Made by a program: the position numbers and the translations under genes. The notes under the pieces are model-generated. The model did not search any database, was not told where the DNA came from, and saw only the letters and a program-made list of their open reading frames with translations. DNA of 64,000 nt, taken from assembly GCF_009914755.1 (NCBI RefSeq), contig NC_060925.1, one strand, 5' to 3'. Positions 51,666 to 64,000 of the stretch are shown here, one piece after another (within the stretch, counting starts at the first letter, position 1; each line of letters opens with the position of its first letter). The DNA is from the human T2T-CHM13v2.0 reference genome, Homo sapiens.

Positions 51666-52590
51666 ATATATATATATATAGTAAATATATATATAGCAAA
51701 TATATATAGTAACTATATATAGTAAACATATATATAGTAAATATATATAGTGTATATATAGTAAATATATATAGTGCATATATATAGTGCATATATATAG
51801 TGTATATATAGTAAATATATAGTGTATATATATAGTAAATATATATAGTGTATATATAGTAAATATATATAGTAAATATATATATACTATATATAGTAAA
51901 TATATATATAGTATATATAGTAAATATATATATAGTATATATATAGTAAATATATATATAGTATATATATAGTAAATATATATATAGTATATATATAGTA
52001 AATATATATATAGTATATATAGTAAATATATATAGTATATATATAGTAAATATATATATAGTATATATATAGTAAATATATATATAGTATATATATAGTA
52101 AATATATATATAGTATATATATAGTAAATATATATAGTATATATATAGTAAATATATATAGTATATATATAGTATATATATAGTAAATATATATAGTATA
52201 TATATAGTAAATATATATAGTATATATATAGTAAATATATATACACTGTATATATATAGTAAATATATATACACTGTATATATATAGTAAATATATATAC
52301 ACTGTATATATATAGTAAATATATATACACTGTATATATATAGTAAATATATATACACTGTATATATATAGTAAATATATATACACTGTATATACATAGT
52401 AAATATATATACACTGTATATACATAGTAAATATATATACACTGTATATACATAGTAAATATATATACAGTGTATATACATAGTAAATATATATACAGTG
52501 TATATACATAGTAAATATATATACAGTGTATATACATAGTAAATATATATACAGTGTATATATATAGTAAATATATGTATATATATATAA
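51666..52590. repeat. AT-rich minisatellite/VNTR built on GTAAATATAT... units (~22-28 bp)
   Basis: Seen directly; twelve exact 28-bp units at 52231-52566 preceded by more variable GTAAA(TA)nG(TA)n units. Confidence 0.97.
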
Positions 52591-53450
52591 AGTTCCTAGA
52601 AGAGATCAAACTCCTGGTTCTGTAAAGACAGGATTATGTCTGTTTTATTTCTCATTGTCTTCCAGAAGCCTAGTATCATGACTGCTACTTAGAAGTTGCT
52701 CAAAATACATTGGAAATTGGAGGCAAGAAAGTAAGAATGATTCCAAAGTGGGTCTACAAGTTTGTGTGTTGGAGATGTATGAAATTGGAGATAATATGCC
52801 TGATAGCCTCAACTACAAGGCAACATCTTATGCTAAGTGTAAAGACAGGAAATTCAGTTGGGAGCTTAACTACCTTATTAATGGTTTGAAACAGTCACTT
52901 GGGGAAGTGAGAGGAAGGGATGACCAAAGTCAATAAAAAGTAATAAGCAATTTTCAGGACCAAATGTAGACTAGAACCCAGATAACTATGGTACCTTGAA
53001 TGTACACAAACAGGAGAATCTACACACAAATCTCAGCATTCAGTCTGGGGGTAAAGGTAAAGCATGTAAATTTGGGAAATTGATCTACCTCTGGACATTT
53101 GACTGGTAGATGCTGTATAATGACAAGAAGCAGCACTGAAATTGAGGATTCTAATAAAAAGGTAGTTCAGGTAAAGGAAAAGATGTCAGAGCATTCTAAT
53201 AGACATGGAGAAAATAAAAGTGGCATTGAAACTGTGAATTTCCAAGGACCAATTATCAGGCAGAGTGAAAGAGTATGAGAAAGCTGGAAAGAAGAATTTG
53301 TGGTTCGAGTAGGGCCAGTTTCAGCGTTGAAGAATTTTTAGGGATGAGAAGGGTGTGACCCTAGTTATGGGTAAGTAAAATGGAGTTATGAAGGCGGAGT
53401 TGCAGGAGTCAAGGAATTATAAAGTAGAAAGCTGAATGTGTTGTGTACTT

Positions 53451-53665
53451 CAGGGGTTGGCAAAATACAACCTATGGGCCAATTGCTTATTTTTGTAAAT
53501 AAAATTCTAATGGAACACAGCTATATACATTAACTTACATATTGTCTACAGTGGCTTTCCTCCCAGTATAAGACATATTGAGTAGTTACAACAGAGACCA
53601 TATGGTCTAAAAGGTCTAAAATATTTAATATCTTGCCCTATAACAAAACATGTTTTGATACAGGC
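53451..53665. mobile_element. MER58A MITE
   Basis: 'caggggttggcaaa...tttttgtaaataaaatt.taatggaacacagc...ttgagtagttacaacagagaccatatgg...aaaatattta'. Confidence 0.85.
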
Positions 53666-53944
53666 CTATATAGTTAATAATGCGTTCTTGTGTAAAGGCA
53701 GGAGTTGTCATAGCAGAAAATACAGAGGGGCAGTACTAAGCACATTGGTGAGTGGCCTGGAAGATGGTAAATACAGGTAGTTAGGAGAGGCAGAAGATTA
53801 CCAAGCCAAAGATGTATATTTTCAAACAGGAGGTGTTTCCTGGAAGGAGAGTGAAATTGTATGGGCCTAGAAGAATGATTTTTAATTTTTTTCGAATCCT
53901 TATGGTAGGGACTGCTATTTTTCAAAAACAAAACAAAAAAAAAT

Positions 53945-54370
53945 CTATTCTCTCTTTCTTTCTAGAATTTAAGTTGAGCACATGACTACCCAGATAAGAC
54001 TGCTTTTCCCAGTATCCTTTGCTGGGATTTCAGGCACGTAACAAAGTTCTTACCTATGGCATTGGAGTAGAAGGGATGTGTGCAACTTTTGCCTTACTTT
54101 CTTAAAAAAAAAAAAAGAGAGAGAGAAAGAAAATTGTTACCCTGAATGACTGCCCTTCCCCTTCCTGTGAGTGTAAACACACATACTGGTGACTCTGCAG
54201 AAGAGGACAAGGGCCTGGGGAATGGCAGAGCAACAAGGTGGAAGAATCTGGGGTTTCTGAATAACTTCATGGAGTAGGGTCTTTCCAAGCTGAATCACTC
54301 ATCACAGAATTGTTGCCTGAGAGAGAATAAGCTTTTCTTCTTTAAGTCACTTCCTAAGAACTCTTTATTC
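53945..54370 (+). mobile_element. MLT1J-like MaLR LTR
   Basis: 'gcacatgactacccagataagactgcttttcccag', 'ggaatggcagagcaacaaggtggaagaatctggg', 'tgagagagaataagctt...tttaagtcact'. Confidence 0.75.
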
Positions 54371-55709
54371 CAGAAAAGAAAAAGTTCATCTCTATGCCAC
54401 TTACAAGACCTTTTTAAAAATATGATTTAAGTTGTGGACCCTCTTTTCAAGAAATCGCCCTTATGCATAAATTTTATACTCAATTAACTCTGTAGCCCAT
54501 ATGTGGCCATGAAGCTAAGAACATGTGGTGTAGAAGCAGCAGTGGAGAGAAAAAGGAAATAGCCACTCCTCCCATGTGTTTGTACAGAAGGAACTTTTCA
54601 ATAAAGCAGCCATCCTTTGCCATTGTGCTTTTTTAGGTTATGTCCTTGACTGGTGGTAGACTGAAAGAGCCAGTCAGAGAAATCAGGAAGGACAGGAGAG
54701 GGCATATGGGAAAGATAATAAGGTCAAGGTACAGGATGAGACTATGTTGGGAGACATGAGTAAGAAAAAATATCAGTTCTCAGAATTCATATTTGGGGAA
54801 AGGTAGATATCCCAGGGAGAGTAGGACAATCCAAAGCCATCAGTCAGGACCACAGAAAGTGCACAGATTTGCATTGCATAACTCCAAAAGATGCTACATG
54901 TACACAGGTTCCATAGTGTGGCAGATTCACCATCAGAATTTTCTTGTATTTAGAACTTAAAACCCACCTAGAAACTGATAACAGTAAAATGATTTCACCA
55001 GGTACTGCTGTGGTTTACGTGTATAGCATCACGTTCCCTCAACCAAAGGTAGTCAATTAACACACAACATTAATAGCTTTCACATACAGAAAGTATAATC
55101 CTTTGGAAAATAAATAAATAAAAAAGGAAACATTCCTTTTACAAAAGCACAAAAAGATAAAATACCTAGAAGTAAATCTAACAAGAAATGTGCAAGAACT
55201 TTATGAGAAAAAAAAAAACTTTAAAATTCTACTAAAGGGCAGTCAAGATTTGAACAAATGCAAATGTATAAATTTCTTAAGTTGAAAAATTCAACATCTT
55301 AAATATTTAATTATTTCTTAATTAATTTAAAAATTTAACAAGGTTTATGACTAAAAATACCACTAGCTTTTGTTATTCTTCTTCTTGTTACATTTTTAGA
55401 ACCAGATAAGCCAGTTAAAGTTTATACGGAAAAACGGAATGGATAGGAGAACTCTAGAAAAGAATAGCAGCAAAGGGTGACTAGCCCTATGAGATATGAA
55501 AACACATTACAGAATTTTAATAATTAACACAATATGGTATAGGCACATGAATATATAGACATAGTAATAGAACAGAATAAAAGCTCAGAAATAGACCCAA
55601 ATGTATTATGGAATTTATTATATGATAAAGGTGACATCTCAAATCAGAGGGGAGATTATGAGCTATTTAATAACTGGTAATCAACCATCTGAGTAACCAT
55701 GTGGACAGC

Positions 55710-56141
55710 TGCTACAGTTTGGATGTTTGTCCTCCCACACCACTTATTAAAATTTGATCCCCAATGTTGGAGGTGAGGCCTAATGGAAGGTGCCTGGGTT
55801 GTAGGGGTGGATGCCTCATGAATAGATTAATGCCTTCCTTGGAGGTAAGTGAGTTCTTGCTCTATTAGTTCCCTCTAAGAGCTGGTTGTTAAGAAAAAAA
55901 CAAATCTTGGCACCTCTGCTTCTTTCTCTTGTGATGATATCTTACCAGGTAATCTCTGCACACTCTGGCTTTCCTTTGTCTTCCACCATGAGTGGAAGCA
56001 GCCTAAAACCCTCACCAGATGCAGATACCCAATCTTGAACTTTCCAACCAACAGAACTGTGAGCCAAATAAGCCTTTTTTTTCTTTATAAATGACCCAGC
56101 CTCAGGTACTCCATTATAGCGACACAAAATGGATGAAGACA
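55710..56141 (+). mobile_element. MSTB-like MaLR solo LTR
   Basis: 'tgctacagtttggatgtttgtcc...ccagcctcaggtactcc.ttatagc.acacaaaatgga..aagaca'; TSD acagc/ccagc. Confidence 0.9.
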
Positions 56142-56943
56142 CCAGCTAAAGTTGGTGCTTCATATAGCATACTTGGATAAAGCCATATATCAAACTACAT
56201 ACCACAATAAATTCAAAATATACCAAGTATTTAAATGCAAAAAATAAAGCTATTAGAATATTCAGGAAAAAAATGATGAATACTTCTATAACTTTAAAGT
56301 GAAGAAGACCTTTCCAGTGAAGACATAAGGTACAGAAGTCAAAAAGAAATAATTAATATCTTCACTTACATAAAATCCAAAGACTTCTGGAAAACCAACC
56401 AAACAAAAAACAAGCAAACAAAAACATAGGCAAAGTCAAGAAACATACAATAACCTGGGAAAAATGATATTTGCAACTCATTTTACAGTCAAAGAGATAA
56501 CCTCCCTCGTATCTAAAATGCTCCTAAAAATATGAAAGGAATAACAATTAGATGTCACTTTACACTCAGTGGATTGACAAATATTAGAACACTGTACAAT
56601 GCCAAGTGTCGGTGGGAGTATGAGGATTTAGGAACCCTCAAATATTAATACTACTGATGAGAGTACAAACTGATCCAGCCATTCTGAGCACAGTTTGGCA
56701 GTATTTAGCCAAATTAAATATGCATAATCTTTATAAACCAGCAATTCTGCTCCTGCTATGTATCCCAGAGAAATTTTCACAAAAGTCCTTGAGGAAATAT
56801 GTACTAAAATGATAACTGGAGTATTATTTGTAGTGACGGAAAGCAGGAGGCATCCTGGATGTCCATCACTGAAAGGACTGGCAAAATGTAATAGGTGACC
56901 ATCATGGAATGTTCTGCAACAGTCAGAATCAATGGATAAGATT

Positions 56944-57194
56944 TGTGTTGTCCAATAAACCCTTCTGCAATAGTGGGCATGTTTTATATATTCACTATTC
57001 AATATGGTAGTCACTAGCCACATGAAGTTATTTAAAATTAAACTCATTAAAATGTAAACATAAAAATTCAGTTCCTCGGTCGTACTAACTATATTTCAAG
57101 TGTTCAAGAGTTACATTTGGCCAGAAAGTACCATACTGGATAAGGCAGAACTCGAATATTACCGTTATTACAGAAATCCCTATTGGACAGTGCT
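56944..57194. mobile_element. MER33/MER3 hAT-Charlie MITE
   Basis: Inverted ends 'tgttgtccaata...tattggacagtgct'; 'aatatggtagtcactagccacatg'. Confidence 0.8.
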
Positions 57195-57574
57195 AGGCTA
57201 TATTTATACTAAGTAGTATGAGTAGATCTTAAAAATATAGTGCTGAGTGAAAAGAGTAAGTATCAGAATAACAATATGACACCACCATTTCCTTGAATTT
57301 AAAATACATTAACACAGAACAACTATTGACTTATTGCAAGAACACATACCAAAAAAAAAATAATAAGCATTAGGGAGATTAGAGTATTTTCCTATGGGGA
57401 ACAGTGAGTGAAAACTGAGAGAAGGTATAAAGGAAAAGAAGCAAATAGGCAAATCAATAAACGACTGGAAGGAGTAAGGGCTTTCAGAGACCTATAATAA
57501 AATATGCTGTGAATTGAGGAATATAATTAAGTCAAATCTCTGCATGAGATTACAAAAAAAAGAAAGCACACAAA

Positions 57575-59970
<2,396 letters not shown>

Positions 59971-59971
59971 T

Positions 59972-60290
59972 TTGTTGTTGTTGTTGTTGTTGTTGTTTGT
60001 TTTGTTTTGTTTTATAAGGTCTTACTCTGTTACCCAGGCCAGAATGCAGTGGTAGGATCTCCGCTCACTGCAACTCCGCCTCCTGGGCTCAAGCCATCTT
60101 CCCACCTCAGCCTCCCAAGTAACTGGGACTACAGGCACACGCCACCATATCTAGCTAACTCTTGTATTTTTTGTAGAGATGGGGTTTTGTCATGTTGCCC
60201 AGGCCTGTCTCAAACTCCCAAGCTCAAGCCATTCACCCACCTGGCTTCCTGAAGTGCTGGGATTACAGGTGTGAGCCACCACACCTGGCC
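59972..60290 (-). mobile_element. AluJ with (TTG)8 tail
   Basis: J-type 'ctcctgggctcaagccatc' and 'catgttgcccagg'; TSD TAAAACTGTTCTTT (59958-59971, 60291-60304). Confidence 0.92.
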
Positions 60291-60349
60291 TAAAACTGTT
60301 CTTTAAAAATTAATTTGTATTTTTTTTTAAAAAAAAGGAAAACAAGTAT

Positions 60350-60900
60350 CAGGAACTGCTAGAAGCTTTGAGGCCCTCTTTTTCACCCTCTCCCTTCACA
60401 CAATCTTCCCTTTCCACAAGAGGTAACACTCGTATTTTATTTTGTTTTTGTTTTCTTGCTTTTCATAAAAATTTTGCATTTGTATGTATTCTTAAACAAT
60501 ATGTTATTTTGAATTTATATAAATAAAATTGTACTATTTTTTTCAGCTATTTTCTTATTTTCACCTAACATTACATTTGTGAGATTTACCCACATTGATA
60601 TATGTAGCTACAACTCATTTATTCTCCTGGCTAGATAATATGTCATTGATGAAGGTGCCACCTTGTATATTTCTAGTCTCCTGATAATGATTGCTTCCAG
60701 GTTTTGCTATTCCCAACAAATATTCTCATGTATACATGTAAAAATTCCTGTGTAATGAAAAGCTAGAAGTGGAACTGCAAAAGCATCAGGCATATACATT
60801 TTCAGTTGTACTATATAATACCAAATCGTTTCACAAAAGTTGTCATGTCAGTTTAGATTACCGTCAACAATTTGATTGTTTGTTCCTTGGAAATCTAGAG
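60350..60900 (-). mobile_element. L1ME-type fragment
   Basis: 'ttcacctaacattacatttgtgagatttacccacattgatatatgtagct...ttgcttccaggttttgctatt'. Confidence 0.7.
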
Positions 60901-61303
60901 ATCTGTACAAATACTTTGGGTTTTTTATTAAAATTTTAAAGTGTACATGATTAAAAACAAAATATCAACTATTTCATATTTTTAGTAGGAATAAAATGGT
61001 GATAGATGACCATGTAACAAAAGCTATTGAAATAATTTTTTTAAAGTAATTAATTTTTAAGAATAATAAAATGATGATAGGTGTCAATTTGTATAGTACA
61101 TTCGAAATTTCCATAGACCTTAACTTGTCCTGGGAGATTAACTTGCTCATAACAGAGCTCTTTTTGCCATCTGTGTGCATATACATGAACTGGTTTAACA
61201 GTGAAGAAATGAAGACTTCGTATGTCCCTGCTGAAAAGTTGCCAGGTTTGTTCTCATAAACTGGCCCTGATGTGAGAAACTACTAGCCTTTTAAGTTTAA
61301 TTA

Positions 61304-61761
<458 letters not shown>

Positions 61762-62819
61762 TTAAAATTTTATTTTTTCTTCAAAAACTCTAATTACTTG
61801 AATTCAAGTCATATCAACATATCTAAAAAAGCAGTTAAAATGTTGTAAAATTCATCATTCATATTCATAATTCCTTTGTTGTAAAAATCTAAATTTCTGT
61901 AGAGAAACAGTAAATAATAACCCTCTCAATACTATAAATGAGCACATTCTGATAGCATGAGTTATATAAGTGCTGAAGAACCTACCTTAGGATTGCTAGC
62001 ATTCATCTACTATGTCTTGGATAGGGCTGCCAATCTATACAAATGCATTTACTATTAACCTAGGCAGCTCACTGTAGTGGAGAGAAAAAAGAAGGAAAAG
62101 AAACATATTTTAAAGTTTCCCCTCAAATGGGAAGATGGAGAGATGTGTGAAAAGAATTGGGGATACCTGGGTATTTTAACTGTTTCCTATCAGGCCAAAG
62201 CTCACCCATAAGTAACATTATGTCCAATATTACCTTTGAAGCCAATTGAAAAGCTCAGTAACTGCTATTTAAACAGCTCCACTGAGCTCTCAAAATAAGT
62301 TCTAAGCACAAGACCACCCAATACAAAGATCACTGGCTTTGGACAAGTAGCTAAAACCACATTACCTTCTGGATAGCTCCATTTAACAAGGGAGCCTTCT
62401 CTCTGGGACTCTCAGTTTGCATTTCTGTAGGACCCTCCTCAGAAGAGCACTGAACATATTACCTTCATCCCCAATGCAGCCTACCTATCTTGTTTACCAA
62501 GACTGTGAGTCCCATACATGTCACCACAGGAACATGGAAACATGGCTACCTGAACCTGAAAACTATAAATAAGTGAGAATTCCCAAACTCTTCTTAGCAA
62601 AGTATATGTACTTAGCTAACTATTTTTTGATAAAGTTATTAAGGCTGGTGTGAGAAATCACTCAATGGGCAAGGATATTCAAGAAGTATTTGCATAAAGA
62701 TCACAAAAGACTCCTATATACAAACTAGGTGAGTGTGCTTTCCCTATTTTAACCATTTTCAGGGCTCCTTTTGTTCAACCATGAAAAAGAAACGATTTTG
62801 AAAACTTTTAAGGCATGTA

Positions 62820-62945
62820 AAATAGTAGCTCAGAGAAAGGCTTAAACATCATATTGACCTGAGTTCGAATGATGGATCCATCAACTGTTCACTAAGTGAC
62901 CCTGAGTAAGTTATTTAACTCCCCCATTCTTCTGTTTTCTCCACT
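62820..62945 (+). mobile_element. MIR SINE
   Basis: 'gacctgagttcgaat...cactaagtgaccctgagtaagttatttaactc'. Confidence 0.75.
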
Positions 62946-64000
62946 GCTGGAATAAGTAGAAAGCCAGAAGTTGACAGCAAATCTGTCTTCAAAGCCTATT
63001 CTTTTAACCGCCACACTTGCCTGCTCCAGACACTTTAAACAGCACCTTGCATGTGGGAATTTACTACATCTCTGCAGGCTGATTGATTTATCTTCAGGAA
63101 TACCTTCTTCAATCAAAAGCCATGACAGCTAAAGCAAAATGCCAAGGCACAAGAGAAACATCTTTCTTCACTAAGTTGTACATATGCAAAAGCTCAACAG
63201 TTGGGTGAAATAGAAGGGTTTCTCCTTCAAATAGTAATGAGGCTGATATAAAAATATATTCTATTTACAGCACAGAAAACCTGGAAGCCACACTTCAGGT
63301 TAACTCCTTATCTCCAAATCAAATATGCTCCAAAGCAGGAATGTCTACTATTTTGAAAGCTGAAATATGAAATTTTAGTTCAGATATGAAATATTAGTTG
63401 ACTAATTTGGCAAATCTCTTAAATCTCCTGAGAGGATGCTAAGGCTCATGTGCCTAAATATTTTAAATTAGAAATGACAGTTATTTTGCAACACTTTTGA
63501 GGCTTTCACCACACATCTGAAAGCAGGGGTTTAGGTTTAGATTACATGGCTTAGAGTTGCCAGGTAAGTACTACGAAGAAGTATATTAGGCACAGAACCA
63601 TCAGTATCTGTGAGAAGTATAGCAATCTAGACCTAACTAAAAACATTCATATTCAAAGCATTTTAAAAACCATATGTAGTCAAACAAAACATACCTAAAA
63701 GTCATACTGGGCCCTTGAATCACAATTTGCAAACCCCATCTCAGAGAAAAGGAGATATTGACTCCTGTTCTCTACTTGGAATTAAACCACACGCAAAACT
63801 GCCAAGGCTGATGGCTGAGATAACCTCTGGGATCCAGACTTCAATGCTTTCTATGTCAAGTCAGCCCTTTCTGCCTAGTTTTGAAGTGGAGAGCCACATG
63901 CCACTCTACAGAGCCAGGCCCAGTCCCCACTACTGTCATGTCACAAGGCTCTGTCCAGGCAGGCCGATCCCCACACTATGCCATATGCATGCCATTTCCA

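Larger units (their letters stand above)
54940..57545 (+). mobile_element. Old L1M ORF2/3' fragments interrupted by MSTB and MER33
   Basis: 'aaaatacctagaagtaaatctaacaagaaatgtgcaaga', 'cagaaatagacccaaat', 'ccagcaattctgctcctg'. Confidence 0.8.

Noticed and set aside
52231-52566. Regular 28-bp repeats resembling a CRISPR array
   Set aside because: Repeats are head-to-tail with no unique spacers, in eukaryotic DNA with no cas genes
51604-52609. 240-301 aa minus-strand ORFs rich in Y/I
   Set aside because: Translation of the AT-rich VNTR; low complexity and open in all three frames because the unit lacks stops on that strand

Overview
This window is primate (very likely human) non-coding genomic DNA. 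It holds AluJ/S/Y elements, many ancient MIR, L2 and CR1 relics, L1M fragments, six solo LTRs (MER21, LTR33, two MSTB-like, two MLT1-like) and hAT/Tigger DNA-transposon fossils, including a ~1.4 kb Charlie1a with readable transposase remnants. I could not support any intact protein-coding gene, RNA gene or CpG island. The long ORFs in the track are artefacts of Alus or of the AT-rich VNTR. Five of the six LTRs lie on +, which weakly suggests an intron of a minus-strand transcription unit (inference only; I cannot name the locus). The most notable items are: a ~0.93 kb AT-rich minisatellite with ordered variant blocks and palindromic units (51666-52590); a near-perfect 36-bp palindrome inside a MIR (24133-24168); a 52-nt hairpin (37907-37958); a cluster of minus-strand exon-like segments at 14.9-17.6 kb; a near-consensus RFX X-box; a 7-tract G4 motif; several enhancer-like motif clusters; and closely spaced inverted Alus. 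I found no convincing novel multi-gene system. Repeat subfamily names come from recalled consensus sequences, and boundaries are approximate unless target-site duplications (TSDs) are given.
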